Assembly: GCA_017935905.1 (NCBI GenBank)
Contig: JAGBGO010000010.1
Span: forward strand, 13,715-77,714
Origin: Clostridia bacterium
GTDB taxonomy: Bacteria > Bacillota > Clostridia > UBA1212 > UBA1255
Reading direction: 5' to 3'
DNA: 64,000 bases
The notes under the pieces were generated by a model. It saw only the letters and a program-made list of their open reading frames with translations. It was not told where the DNA came from and did not search any database. How positions within the stretch are numbered: position 1 is the stretch's first letter; each line of letters opens with the position of its first letter. This document shows positions 1 through 10,569 of this stretch, piece after piece. The position numbers and the translations under genes are program-made.

Positions 1-267
1 AACAGGACGGATATTTTACTGGTTCCGCATCACGGTTCTAAGAACGGATGCTCGGAAAATTTGCTGTCGAATATTTTACCGAAGTATGCTATAATAAGTG
101 TTGGTATGAAAAATGCCTACGGACATCCGGCACAGGAAACGCTGACGCGGCTTTCAAATTACGGAACGCGCGTATATCGAACGGATCACAGCGGCGGGAT
201 TTCGGTGACGATTGGACCTGCATTTTTGTTCAGAAAGAAGGGTATTGAGGTATGGCAGACGTTGTAA
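1..267 (+). CDS. comEC: ComEC/Rec2 competence protein, C-terminal metallo-beta-lactamase-fold fragment (5' end lies outside the window)
   Basis: The frame is open from base 1. The translation (NRTDILLVPHHGSKNGCSEN...YGHPAQETLTRLSNYGTRVYRTDHSGGISVTIGPAF) carries the HHGS and DHSG-type motifs typical of the ComEC C-terminus. Confidence 0.7.
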   Translation, partial: NRTDILLVPHHGSKNGCSENLLSNILPKYAIISVGMKNAYGHPAQETLTRLSNYGTRVYRTDHSGGISVTIGPAFLFRKKGIEVWQTL

Positions 268-1238
268 TCGGAGAAATTAAAGATGCGAAGAGTATGAAGT
301 CCCATTTGGCGTCCGGGAATTATGCCCATGCCTATTTGTTCTACGGGGAAGAGGAGTATTTGAAGGATTTATATATTGCCAGAATTAAGAAGGCGGTTGT
401 AGATGACCCCATGAATATTTATCTTTTTACCGGAAAGACGGATCCCGGGGATATCGCCGATATTGTCACCGGTGTTTCCTTGTTTGGCGAACGGAAATTG
501 ATTATCGTTTCCGGAAGCAATTTTTTCAAAAGCGCAGTGCCTCTTGATTTTATGGAGGACTTGGAAGACGGAAATTGCACCGTGATCTTCCGGGAGGATA
601 ACGTTGACAAGAGAGTGGTAAATTATAAAAACATATTGAAGCAGGGCGTTGTGTTCGAATGTAAACGACAATCGGAGCAGGATATTGTGCGTATGCTTTC
701 TGCACAAGCCAAGAGTGCCGGTCGAACGCTTTCTCCCGGTGCCGCAGAATTGCTTCTGTCCGGCATCGGTCCGGATATTGTTCGACTGATGGGCGAACTG
801 GAGAAACTGATTCTTTATACAGAGGATAACGCTGTCATTCAAGAGCAACACGTGCTTCAAGTGTGTACGCTTTCTTTGTCCGCCCGGGTGTTTGATTTAA
901 CCGATGCGGTGTCCCAGGGAAATCACCGGAAAGCGTACCAAATACTGCAGGTCTTGTTAGATGAGAAACAATCTGCGTTGGGAATTTTGTCGTTACTTTC
1001 CAAAAATTGGATTTCTATGTATGAAGCCAAGCAGATTATGGCAGAAGGCGGCGGTATTGGTGATATCCAAAGACGTTTAGGTGTTGCGCCGTTTATTGCT
1101 AATAAATTGGTAGCAGGGTGCAAAAAATGGGATTTAGATGCCTTGCGTGAGAAGATTTATTTATGCGTTGAAATGGATGAAGGGATTAAATCGGGAATGA
1201 TCAAGGACGTGCGTGCTTTGGAACTTCTGATTTGTTGA
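252..1238 (+). CDS. holA: DNA polymerase III delta subunit
   Basis: 328 aa. N-terminal sequence, length and its position after comEC are typical of holA. The ATG at 252 is preceded by a GAGG. Confidence 0.75.
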   Translation: MADVVIGEIKDAKSMKSHLASGNYAHAYLFYGEEEYLKDLYIARIKKAVVDDPMNIYLFTGKTDPGDIADIVTGVSLFGERKLIIVSGSNFFKSAVPLDFMEDLEDGNCTVIFREDNVDKRVVNYKNILKQGVVFECKRQSEQDIVRMLSAQAKSAGRTLSPGAAELLLSGIGPDIVRLMGELEKLILYTEDNAVIQEQHVLQVCTLSLSARVFDLTDAVSQGNHRKAYQILQVLLDEKQSALGILSLLSKNWISMYEAKQIMAEGGGIGDIQRRLGVAPFIANKLVAGCKKWDLDALREKIYLCVEMDEGIKSGMIKDVRALELLIC

Positions 1239-1259
1239 TTGAAAGGTTGACAGGGGATT

Positions 1260-2015
1260 ATGCGTCGTTTTTTTATCTCAAAGGAACAAAGTGAAATGGC
1301 GGAGCAAGGTTCGGTTTTATTAACCGGATCCGACGTGAACCACGTTGTAAACGTACTGCGTATGGGCCCGGGAGACGAATTGGTTTTGTCTGCAACTTCC
1401 GGTTGGGAGTACCGGTGCGTGATCCGGCGCATTGAAGGGCAGACGGTTGTTTGTGACGTTTTACAGGCGAATCGAAACCAAACGGAACCCAAAATCGGTG
1501 TGACGTTACTTCAGGGCATTCCAAAAGGCGAGAAGATGGAATTGATTATTCAAAAAGGCGTTGAGTTAGGGGTTACGGAAATTATTCCTGTCTCTATGGA
1601 ACGCACCGTCGTACGGTTTCATACGCCGAAAGATGCTGAAAAGAAACAAAATCGCTGGCAGAAGATTTCGGAGGAAGCATCCAAACAATGCGGCCGCGGT
1701 TTTTGCCCGGAAATTGGTGCTGTACAGTCTTTGAAAGAAACGATTTTTCGGCTTCCTGAAGATACGCTACCTCTTGTTGCGTATGAGAATGAAACTGTTT
1801 TTTCGCTGAAGCAGCGGATTCAAACCGCGAAATCTGCGGGCAACTTGCATCATATTACCGTGCTGATCGGTCCGGAGGGCGGTATTGCTCCTTCTGAGTA
1901 TGCATTGGTTTGTGACAACGGCTTTTTGAGTGTTTCTCTAGGCAAGCGGATTCTTCGTACGGAAACAGCCGGATTGTGTGTGCTTTCGGCGTTGCGCTAC
2001 GAGTTTGAGGATTGA
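1260..2015 (+). CDS. rsmE: 16S rRNA (uracil1498-N3)-methyltransferase RsmE
   Basis: 251 aa with PUA-like N-terminus and SPOUT C-terminus (LIGPEGG motif). Confidence 0.8.
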   Translation: MRRFFISKEQSEMAEQGSVLLTGSDVNHVVNVLRMGPGDELVLSATSGWEYRCVIRRIEGQTVVCDVLQANRNQTEPKIGVTLLQGIPKGEKMELIIQKGVELGVTEIIPVSMERTVVRFHTPKDAEKKQNRWQKISEEASKQCGRGFCPEIGAVQSLKETIFRLPEDTLPLVAYENETVFSLKQRIQTAKSAGNLHHITVLIGPEGGIAPSEYALVCDNGFLSVSLGKRILRTETAGLCVLSALRYEFED

Positions 2016-2034
2016 TGAGAAAGGATTAACGAAT

Positions 2035-4563
2035 ATGTTGTTATCGGATATATTGGAAAGTTTACCTTATACAAACAAAGCCAAGGCGGCGCTAAAGCTT
2101 GCTTCCAACGAAGCATTACTTTTAAATGGTGGCGTGGTAGGCACGGAACACATTCTTTTAGGGCTTTGTGCGGATAAAGATGGTGTCGCGGGTGCTATTT
2201 TGTCCCGTCATCACGTAGATACGGATAGCGTACGGGGCATGATATTGAAACTTTCCGGCGTTGAACAACCGAAAGAGGATGCTTTAGAAGCGGATATTCA
2301 ATTTAGCGTTTCCGCAGCACGCGTGCTTGCGAGAAGTGAAGAAATTGCCAGAGGTTTATTCCCGCTTAAAGGAATGGGGTTGAAAATCGGTACAGAGCAT
2401 ATTTTGATTTCTCTGTTTAAGGAAAGCGACAGCGTTGCGGTGCGCATTATGGCGGAATTGGGTGTCAATGCCATTGAATTCTTTACGGATTTACAAGAAA
2501 GCATTCGTGCCCGTGAGTTTGTGCAACACGGCGATCTCAACCGTCCGGAACGGGAACCTGCCAAGACAGAAGTGCCGGCACAAGGGAAACAGGAACCGGG
2601 GGAGAATCATCCGTCTACCGGTTATTTGCAACAATTTGGTCGGGATATGACTTTAATGGCGATTTCCGGTCGCTATGACCCTGTGATTGGTCGGAGGGAA
2701 GAAACTGGCAGATTGCTTCAAATTCTGTCCAGAAAGTCCAAGAACAACCCTTGCTTAGTGGGTGAGCCCGGTGTGGGAAAGACCGCCATTGTGGAAGGTC
2801 TTGCCCAGCGCCTTGCAGCAGGAAACGTGCCGGATAATATGAAAGATATGCGCTTGATTGCTTTGGATATGTCTTCTATTGTGGCGGGGACCAAATATCG
2901 GGGTGAATTTGAAGAGCGGATGCAGAAACTCATTGAGGAAGCTATACTGGATAGACGGGTCATCCTTTTTATTGACGAAATTCATACCATTATCGGCAGT
3001 GGCGGTTCAGAAGGTAGCTTAGATGCAGCCAATATTTTAAAACCGGCACTTTCAAGAGGCGAACTTCGTGTAATCGGCGCAACGACGCAGCAGGAATACC
3101 GGAAATATTTTGAGAAGGATGCAGCGCTTGCTCGGCGTTTTCAATCTGTACAAGTTCAGGAACCCAATGATGAACAAACGCTGGAAATTCTTCGCGGTCT
3201 TCGTAAGACGTACGAACGCTTCCACGGTGTGGAGATTTCAGACGAAGTATTGGAAAGTTGTGTGCAATTGTCCAAGCGATATATTCATGAACGCTGTCTG
3301 CCGGACAAAGCCATTGATTTGATGGATGAGGCAGCCTCTGCCAAAAGAATGCTTCTGTCTTCTATGAAGCAAAGCGGCAGAGCAGAACAACTCAGACAGG
3401 AATTGAACCAGTGCTATCAAGAAAAGCTACAGGCCATTCGCACGGGAGATAAAGAGGCTGCCAATCGTTTCCACGAAAAGGAGTCAATGCTGCGGGATCA
3501 GTGGGTTAAGGCCAGTGCTATTCACGATATGTGTGCACTGCTCCCGGTGCCGCTTTCGGTTTCGGATATTGAACAAGTTGTATCGGCTTGGACGGGCGTT
3601 CCTGTGGTCAAGTTGGGTGAAGCGGAATCGTCCCGGTTGCTCCGTTTAGAAGAACAGCTTCATGAACGGGTCGTGGGTCAACATGATGCCATTTCTGCTG
3701 TTTCCAAGGCCGTGCGCAGAGGCCGGACCGGTATGCAAGATCCCAAACGCCCTATTGGTTCGTTTATTTTCTTAGGTCCCACAGGCGTTGGTAAGACAGA
3801 AGTGGCAAAAGCTTTGGCACAGGCTCTTTTCAACGATGAAAAATATTTGATTCGTGTGGATATGTCCGAATATATGGAAGCTCACAGTGTTTCCCGTATG
3901 GTGGGATCCCCGCCGGGATACGTGGGTCACGATGACGGTGGACAGTTAACGGACCGCGTTCGTTCCAACCCTTACAGTGTTGTGCTGTTTGATGAAATTG
4001 AGAAGGCGCATCCCGACGTGTTTAATATTCTTCTGCAAGTATTAGAGGACGGACAATTGACGGATACGAAAGGACGCCGTGTGGATTTCAGAAATACCGT
4101 GATTATTATGACGTCTAACGTGGGCGCACGGAATATTACGGAGCCGAAACGGTTGGGCTTTGCAATAGAGTCTGAAACGGATCGATATGAGAAGATGCAA
4201 TCTGCAGTGATGGAGGAACTTCGCAAAACGTTTAAGCCGGAGTTTTTGAATCGTGTAGATGAAACGGTGGTGTTTAAGCCCCTGGGTAAAGCGGAAATTC
4301 GCGAAATTGCAGCTCTTCAACTTTCCCGGTTGGTGGACCGTTGTTTGCAGACCGGTGTAACGTTATCCTACGATGCGCAATTATTGGATTATATAGCAGA
4401 AAAAGGCTACAGTAGTCTGTACGGCGCGCGTCCGCTGAAACGACTGATTCAACAAGAGGTAGAGGATTTGCTTTCAGAAGCAATTTTGAAGAACGGCGGC
4501 GCAAATCATCCGTTTAATGCCCATTTATTTGTGGAGGAAGGGAAGGTGGCACTTCGTGGCTAA
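2035..4563 (+). CDS. clpC: ATP-dependent Clp protease ATP-binding subunit ClpC (AAA+, two Clp_N repeats, two nucleotide-binding domains)
   Basis: Start moved to ATG 2035 (MLLSDILES...), which has the RBS GAGAAAGGA upstream. Walker A motifs GEPGVGKT and GPTGVGKT, a UVR-like linker and the Clp N-domain repeat are present. Confidence 0.9.
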   Translation: MLLSDILESLPYTNKAKAALKLASNEALLLNGGVVGTEHILLGLCADKDGVAGAILSRHHVDTDSVRGMILKLSGVEQPKEDALEADIQFSVSAARVLARSEEIARGLFPLKGMGLKIGTEHILISLFKESDSVAVRIMAELGVNAIEFFTDLQESIRAREFVQHGDLNRPEREPAKTEVPAQGKQEPGENHPSTGYLQQFGRDMTLMAISGRYDPVIGRREETGRLLQILSRKSKNNPCLVGEPGVGKTAIVEGLAQRLAAGNVPDNMKDMRLIALDMSSIVAGTKYRGEFEERMQKLIEEAILDRRVILFIDEIHTIIGSGGSEGSLDAANILKPALSRGELRVIGATTQQEYRKYFEKDAALARRFQSVQVQEPNDEQTLEILRGLRKTYERFHGVEISDEVLESCVQLSKRYIHERCLPDKAIDLMDEAASAKRMLLSSMKQSGRAEQLRQELNQCYQEKLQAIRTGDKEAANRFHEKESMLRDQWVKASAIHDMCALLPVPLSVSDIEQVVSAWTGVPVVKLGEAESSRLLRLEEQLHERVVGQHDAISAVSKAVRRGRTGMQDPKRPIGSFIFLGPTGVGKTEVAKALAQALFNDEKYLIRVDMSEYMEAHSVSRMVGSPPGYVGHDDGGQLTDRVRSNPYSVVLFDEIEKAHPDVFNILLQVLEDGQLTDTKGRRVDFRNTVIIMTSNVGARNITEPKRLGFAIESETDRYEKMQSAVMEELRKTFKPEFLNRVDETVVFKPLGKAEIREIAALQLSRLVDRCLQTGVTLSYDAQLLDYIAEKGYSSLYGARPLKRLIQQEVEDLLSEAILKNGGANHPFNAHLFVEEGKVALRG

Positions 4564-5929
4564 AGGGAAGACCTGTTTTTTCTGTAATGAATGTGGCTAT
4601 GAATCCAGCGGCTGGTTAGGCAAATGTCCCGGTTGCGGCGCATGGAACACTTTTGTTGAAGAAAAGATTCGACCGGATTCGAAAGGTGGAAATTCTTTCG
4701 GTTTTTCCGGCGTATCCGGTGTGCATTCAAAAGCTATGCCGATTCAGGAAATCCCCCTGGATCATCAGCAAAGAACACGCTCCGGAATCGGTGAATTGGA
4801 CCGTGTATTAGGCGGTGGCATTGTTCCCGGTTCTTTGGTCCTCGTAGCAGGGGATCCCGGAATCGGCAAATCCACGATGATGCTTATGCTCTCCGGTCAT
4901 CTTGCAAAACAACAACGTGTTTTGTACGTATCCGGAGAAGAATCCAGCGGTCAGATTAAGATGCGTGCAGCGCGTTTAGATATTTGTGAAGAACAGCTCT
5001 ATATTTATGCAGAAACGTCTATGGATGCCATTATTGCACAGGTGGAAGCGCTGAAACCGGATGTTGTGATTGTGGATTCTGTGCAAACGCTGGCGGACAG
5101 CACGGTAAGTTCGGCCCCCGGCAGTGTCAGTCAAATTCGTGAAATTACCGGCACGTTTCTTCGTCTGTCTAAATCTCTCAACATTACGGTGTTTATTGTT
5201 GGCCACGTTACGAAAGAAGGGGCTATTGCAGGTCCTCGTGTGCTGGAACACATGGTGGATACCGTACTTTATTTCGAAGGAGAACGGCATTTAAGTTATC
5301 GCATTTTACGGGCCGTCAAGAACCGTTTTGGCTCTACCAATGAAATCGGCGTGTTTGAAATGCGTGAAAACGGTTTATGGGAGGTGGAGAATCCCTCTAT
5401 GGCGTTGCTGGAAGGCCGTCCTACGAACAACGCAGGTACTGCGGTTGTTTGTGCAATGGAAGGATCCAGACCGGTGATGTTAGAGGTTCAAGCTTTGATC
5501 AGCGGCTCCAATTTAACCAATCCGAGACGAATGAGCACCGGCTTGGATTACAACCGTTTCGCGCTTTTACTAGCCGTGCTGGAAAAGCGAGGGGGATACC
5601 GTTTGGGCGCCTGCGACGCATACGTAAATGTAATTGGCGGTTTGAAACTTATGGAACCTGCAAGCGATTTAGCTGTAGCTGCGGCCGTCATTTCTTCCTA
5701 CAGAAACGTGGTGCTTCCCGAAGATACGGTTTGTATCGGTGAAGTGGGACTTACCGGCGAGATTCGCGCTGTGAGCCATATAGAAAAGCGAGTCGGCGAG
5801 TCTTTCCGCCTTGGCTTCAAACGGTGTATCGTACCCGGTGGAAATCGAAAACAGCTGGCGGACATGGAAAACGTGATTTTCGTACAAAATATTCATGAAC
5901 TTTCAAGTTTCTTTGAAAAAGGAGTTTAA
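4556..5929 (+). CDS. radA: DNA repair protein RadA/Sms
   Basis: N-terminal C4 zinc finger (CNECGY...CPGCGAWNTF), RecA-like ATPase (GDPGIGKST) and Lon-like C-terminus. The likely start is GTG 4556 with GGAGG 8 nt upstream, overlapping clpC by 8 nt. Confidence 0.85.
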   Translation: MAKGKTCFFCNECGYESSGWLGKCPGCGAWNTFVEEKIRPDSKGGNSFGFSGVSGVHSKAMPIQEIPLDHQQRTRSGIGELDRVLGGGIVPGSLVLVAGDPGIGKSTMMLMLSGHLAKQQRVLYVSGEESSGQIKMRAARLDICEEQLYIYAETSMDAIIAQVEALKPDVVIVDSVQTLADSTVSSAPGSVSQIREITGTFLRLSKSLNITVFIVGHVTKEGAIAGPRVLEHMVDTVLYFEGERHLSYRILRAVKNRFGSTNEIGVFEMRENGLWEVENPSMALLEGRPTNNAGTAVVCAMEGSRPVMLEVQALISGSNLTNPRRMSTGLDYNRFALLLAVLEKRGGYRLGACDAYVNVIGGLKLMEPASDLAVAAAVISSYRNVVLPEDTVCIGEVGLTGEIRAVSHIEKRVGESFRLGFKRCIVPGGNRKQLADMENVIFVQNIHELSSFFEKGV

Positions 5930-5932
5930 GAG

Positions 5933-6487
5933 ATGGGCAAGATATTGATGTTGATACATAACGGCTTTGAAGAAATAGAAGCCCTTACCACTGTGGATTT
6001 ATGCCGCAGAGGCGGATTGGAAGTGTGTGTTTGCAGCATGACCGGAAATGAAACGTTGCAAGGTGCACACGGTATTCAAGTGGTAGCCGATGCGCAATAT
6101 GAAGATGTAGTGGCGGACGCATACGATATGGTGGTGCTTCCCGGCGGTCTTCCGAATGCTACGTCCCTTCGGGACGATGATCGGGTTATTCATACTTTGC
6201 AGCTTTTTAACCGACAGGATAAATGGTTGGGCGCTATTTGTGCCGCCCCTATTGCGTTGGAACGCGCCGGATTGCTTCGTGGGCGGAAGGCTACGTCTTA
6301 TCCCGGATGCTTGGAAGATTCCTCGGCATGCCTGTATTTGGAAGCACCGGTTGCCGTAGACGGAAAGATTGTTACAAGCCGTGGCGTAGGCACTGCCATT
6401 GCGTTTGCACTTCAAATTATTGAACTGCTTGTATCGGCAGAAAAAGCAAAAGAAATCGGCAAAGGAATCTTATATGAAAATTCGTAA
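5933..6487 (+). CDS. DJ-1/PfpI (ThiJ) family protein
   Basis: 184 aa with the class I glutamine-amidotransferase-like fold signature (AICAAP nucleophile elbow). Confidence 0.75.
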   Translation: MGKILMLIHNGFEEIEALTTVDLCRRGGLEVCVCSMTGNETLQGAHGIQVVADAQYEDVVADAYDMVVLPGGLPNATSLRDDDRVIHTLQLFNRQDKWLGAICAAPIALERAGLLRGRKATSYPGCLEDSSACLYLEAPVAVDGKIVTSRGVGTAIAFALQIIELLVSAEKAKEIGKGILYENS

Positions 6488-7397
6488 TTTCTTTTTATTG
6501 GTTTTAACCGCGTTAATATGGGGTTCTTCTTTTGTTGCTCAGAAGAGTGGCGGTCCTCAAGTGGGGGCTTTCACCTTTAACGGTATTCGTTCTTTTATCG
6601 GTGGACTTTTCTTGCTGGGATTTATTTTACTTCGCGGACGTATTCGCAAACAATCCGTTGTCCCACAGACAAAGACGGAAAGAAAGAATCTGATCCTTGG
6701 CGGAACCCTTTGCGGTATCGTACTTTTTGTGGCAACATCTCTTCAACAGTTGGGCATGAACCTGGGCGCAAGTGCAGGCACGGCCGGTTTCTTAACGGCT
6801 TGCTATATGGTTTTAGTGCCTATTTTGGGACTTTTTTTGAAAAAGAAGTGTCCGTGGACCACTTGGATCAGTGTTTTCGTTGCCTTGTTCGGCCTCTATT
6901 TACTTTGCATTAACGGCAAATTTACGCTGAATTTATACGACGGCATTATTTTACTGTGTGCCGTTGTTTTTGCTGTACATATCTTAGTCATTGATCGTTT
7001 CGCACCTATGGTAGACGGCGTTTCTTTATCCTGTATACAATTTTTGGTATGCGGTGTTTTAAGCTTGGTACCTATGTGGGTCTTTGATATGGGTCTTGCT
7101 TTTCAGGATTTACAACCGTGGGTTTCTGTGCTGTCTGATTTTGACGTTTGGATTCCCATTCTTTATGCGGGCATTATGTCCTGCGGCGTTGCGTACACGC
7201 TTCAGATTGTCGCCCAAAAAGGCATTAATCCTACCGTTGCTTCAATGGTTTTGAGCTTAGAATCGGTATTCTCCGTTCTTTCCGGTTGGATTTTATTGGG
7301 TGAACGGATGTCTTTCCGTAATTTACTGGGATGCGGGTTGATTTTCGCGGCTATTTTATTCGTGCAGTTGCCCATAGGAAAGCACAAGGAGGTTTAA
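6474..7397 (+). CDS. EamA/DMT family transporter
   Basis: Start placed at ATG 6474 (MKIRNFFLLVL...). The protein has about 10 predicted TM helices and two EamA repeats. Confidence 0.7.
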   Translation: MKIRNFFLLVLTALIWGSSFVAQKSGGPQVGAFTFNGIRSFIGGLFLLGFILLRGRIRKQSVVPQTKTERKNLILGGTLCGIVLFVATSLQQLGMNLGASAGTAGFLTACYMVLVPILGLFLKKKCPWTTWISVFVALFGLYLLCINGKFTLNLYDGIILLCAVVFAVHILVIDRFAPMVDGVSLSCIQFLVCGVLSLVPMWVFDMGLAFQDLQPWVSVLSDFDVWIPILYAGIMSCGVAYTLQIVAQKGINPTVASMVLSLESVFSVLSGWILLGERMSFRNLLGCGLIFAAILFVQLPIGKHKEV

Positions 7398-7401
7398 TGC
7401 A

Positions 7402-8541
7402 ATGGAACCGGTTTGCCGAGAAATTATTTTATCTGCTACGGATTCTGCTGCGCAGGCATACGCGGTGCAAGAGAATGGCCACTTGGTAGAATACGGGCAG
7501 GACGACGGTGGGAAAATGGGTGCCGTTTACTGTTGCCGCGTAACAGAATATGTGAAAGCGTTTAAGGCGTGTTTTTGTGAAATCGGAGAAGAACGCCGAG
7601 GGTATTTAAATTCAGATGCCTATCGCGCCGGAGACTGGGTTCTTTGCCAGGTCAGCGGTGAAGCCCACGATACGAAAGGAATGCGTTTAACAGACAACGT
7701 GAAGCTTACCGGCGCCTATCTGGTGCTTTTGGAAGGGAACACGGTGGGTATTTCGGGAAAAATACAAGATGATATCAACCGAAATCGGTTAAAAAAGATC
7801 GGGGATCAACTCATCGCGTCTTGTGTGGACGCTTCTGTTGGCTTGATTTTTCGCACGGAATCCCAGTATGCTTCCGATGCGGATATTATGCAAGAATTTA
7901 AAGCCTTGCGTCAAAAAGCCATTGCCCTTCGGGATGCATTTAACATTGCCAAGAAAAACGGGAATCCGACGCGATTGTATCAACCGGACTTTGGTGCCAA
8001 AATTTTGTTTCGATATCCGCCTTCTACGATTTCGACTCTATATTGTGATCATCCGGTATATGCCAATACTATTGAAACACAATATCCGATTTTTGCCGGA
8101 AAAGTGCACTTGTGCAAAGCCCCTGCAATGGATACCGCCGGTATTACACGGAAAATGGCTACGCACTTAGGTCGCAAAGTCTGGCTGAAATGCGGCGGGT
8201 ATTTGATTTTTGACCGAACAGAAGCGATGACGGTGATTGACGTAAACTCCGGCAAGACCTCGGGAATTCATTCTTCTCGGGAATTGGCTAAGACGGTTAA
8301 TTTTCAGGCGGCAGAGGAAATTTTGCGCAGTATTCGTCTTCGCAGCATTGGCGGCATGATTTTGTGTGATATGATCGATATGACGGCGGAGGAAGACCGG
8401 GAGGAACTGCTTGAATTTATGCGTAAAATGGCGGAAAATGACCCGGATGTCACGCAAATTCACGATATTACAAAACTAGGTATTGTGGAAATTACCCGAA
8501 AACGTACAAAAAATACGGAATATCTTGACAAAAGAGGGTAG
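7402..8541 (+). CDS. rng: Ribonuclease G/E family endoribonuclease
   Basis: S1 domain plus an RNase E/G catalytic core (VIDVNSGK motif). AGGAGG lies 9 nt upstream of the ATG. Confidence 0.75.
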   Translation: MEPVCREIILSATDSAAQAYAVQENGHLVEYGQDDGGKMGAVYCCRVTEYVKAFKACFCEIGEERRGYLNSDAYRAGDWVLCQVSGEAHDTKGMRLTDNVKLTGAYLVLLEGNTVGISGKIQDDINRNRLKKIGDQLIASCVDASVGLIFRTESQYASDADIMQEFKALRQKAIALRDAFNIAKKNGNPTRLYQPDFGAKILFRYPPSTISTLYCDHPVYANTIETQYPIFAGKVHLCKAPAMDTAGITRKMATHLGRKVWLKCGGYLIFDRTEAMTVIDVNSGKTSGIHSSRELAKTVNFQAAEEILRSIRLRSIGGMILCDMIDMTAEEDREELLEFMRKMAENDPDVTQIHDITKLGIVEITRKRTKNTEYLDKRG

Positions 8542-8595
8542 AAGTACTAATATAAATCACGGTAGTTTAATAAATTTTTATGTGGAGGCTTATTT

Positions 8596-10569
8596 ATGTC
8601 ATTATCTACAATTGTTTCCATTTCTCATAAGTATGGTTCCAACCCGGATTTCGTACTGGCCGGTGGCGGAAACACCTCTTATAAGGATTCTAAGTATTTG
8701 TATATCAAAGGCTCCGGTACCACCTTGGCCACGATTACAGAAGACGGTTTCGTAAAGATGAACAGAGCGAAACTGGCAAAGATGTTTGAGAAGCGTTATC
8801 CCAAAGATACCGTAAAGCGTGAAGCAATGGTATTAGAGGATATGATGGATGCCCGTGAGAAATCTGAACTTTCCAAGCGTCCAAGTGTAGAGACGTTGTT
8901 GCACAATTTGATCAATTACACCTACATTGTACATACGCATCCAGCTGAATTAAACGGCCTGACTTGCGGTCAAAGCGGTCAGCGTGCTGCAAAGCGTTTG
9001 TTCGGTAACGATTTCATTTGGATCGGTCTTGTGGAGCCCGGCTACGTACTTGCTGCAGAGCTGAAGAAGAAGATGGATCGCTACAAAGCGCAGTATGGCA
9101 AAGATGCCGATTTGATTTTACTTCAAAATCACGGTGTATTTATTGCCGGCAATACGAAGAAAGAAATTGAAGAGAAGACCAAATTCGTATTCAATCAAAT
9201 TCGCAGCAAATTAAAGAAGAAGCCGGATTTATCTCCCGTTGAATTTGATAAAGAGCGTGCAGCCTTCATTGCACCTGCCCTTCGAATGATGATGATGGAC
9301 GGCGAGAATGCGCCGATTCTTACGTTCCGTACCAATAAGCAGGTTCTGAAGTTCGTAGAGAGTGAAGAAGCATTCTATCCTGTATCCTCCGCTTATTCTC
9401 CGGACCATATCGTATACTGTAAGCCCTATCCTTTGTTTGTTGCCCATGCAGACGATATGGACGCACAGTATGATCTTCTTAAGAAGGGTTTGGAAGATTA
9501 CAAAGCAAAATATGGATTTATGCCCCGTGTGATTGCCGTTCAAAAGTTAGGTTTCTTCGCTTACGGCACGTCTAAGAAGAACGCAGATATTTGTGCGGAC
9601 GTATTTATGGATGCTTGCAAGATCGGCGCTTATTCTCAAAACTTTGGTGGTCCTTTGTTTATGACGCAAGCGATGATCGATTTTATATGCAACTGGGAAG
9701 TAGAGTCTTACCGTTCTAAAGTTTCCTTGGCAGGCGCAGGTGCTCTTCGTTTGCAGGATAAGATTTCTATCGTAACCGGCAGTGCACAAGGATTTGGCCA
9801 AGGCATTGCAGAACACATGTTGGGACAAGGTGCAAACGTTGTCATTGCCGACCTCAACTATGATCTTGCAAAGGCAAACAGCGATGCCATGAACGAGAAA
9901 TTCGGTCGCGGTCGCACCATCGCCTGCAAAGCAGACGTAGGTGACGAAGCGTACGTTACCGATATGGTTTATGACTGTGTACTGGCATACGGCGGATTGG
10001 ATATCTTCGTAAACAACGCAGGTATTGCCATTGCCGGCAGCTTAGAGGAAATGACCCAGGCTCGTTTTGAATTGGTTACAAAGATTAACTACACCGCTTA
10101 CTATTTGGGCGCTAAATTGGCTTCCAGAATTATGAAGATTCAAAACCGTTTTGCACCGGACTACTTTATGGATATTATCCAAATCAACTCCAAATCCGGT
10201 CTTTCCGGCAGCAATAAGAACTTTGCTTATGCCGGCAGTAAATTCGGTGGCATCGGTCTCACACAAAGTTTTGCATTAGAGTTGGCGCCGTTCAACATTA
10301 AAGTGAATGCAGTTTGTCCCGGTAACTTCCTGAACGGTCCTTTGTGGATGGATCCGGTGAAAGGTCTGTTTGTGCAATACTTTAAAGCCGGTAAAGTTCC
10401 GGGAGCGAAGAGCGTAGATGACGTACGGAAGTTCTATGAGTCCAAAGTGCCCATGAACAGAGGTTGTGAGACCATCGACGTTGCACGTGCAGTATTCTAC
10501 ATTGTAGAGCAGAAGTATGAAACCGGACAGGCAATCCCTGTAACCGGCGGACAGGAAATGTTGAAATAA
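8596..10569 (+). CDS. Bifunctional class II aldolase (rhamnulose-1-phosphate aldolase-like) / short-chain dehydrogenase
   Basis: 657 aa. The N-terminal domain has the GGGNTS motif of the fused aldolase family and the C-terminal half is an SDR (TGSAQGFGQGIA Rossmann motif, NNAG). No rhamnose pathway neighbours are present. Confidence 0.65.
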   Translation: MSLSTIVSISHKYGSNPDFVLAGGGNTSYKDSKYLYIKGSGTTLATITEDGFVKMNRAKLAKMFEKRYPKDTVKREAMVLEDMMDAREKSELSKRPSVETLLHNLINYTYIVHTHPAELNGLTCGQSGQRAAKRLFGNDFIWIGLVEPGYVLAAELKKKMDRYKAQYGKDADLILLQNHGVFIAGNTKKEIEEKTKFVFNQIRSKLKKKPDLSPVEFDKERAAFIAPALRMMMMDGENAPILTFRTNKQVLKFVESEEAFYPVSSAYSPDHIVYCKPYPLFVAHADDMDAQYDLLKKGLEDYKAKYGFMPRVIAVQKLGFFAYGTSKKNADICADVFMDACKIGAYSQNFGGPLFMTQAMIDFICNWEVESYRSKVSLAGAGALRLQDKISIVTGSAQGFGQGIAEHMLGQGANVVIADLNYDLAKANSDAMNEKFGRGRTIACKADVGDEAYVTDMVYDCVLAYGGLDIFVNNAGIAIAGSLEEMTQARFELVTKINYTAYYLGAKLASRIMKIQNRFAPDYFMDIIQINSKSGLSGSNKNFAYAGSKFGGIGLTQSFALELAPFNIKVNAVCPGNFLNGPLWMDPVKGLFVQYFKAGKVPGAKSVDDVRKFYESKVPMNRGCETIDVARAVFYIVEQKYETGQAIPVTGGQEMLK

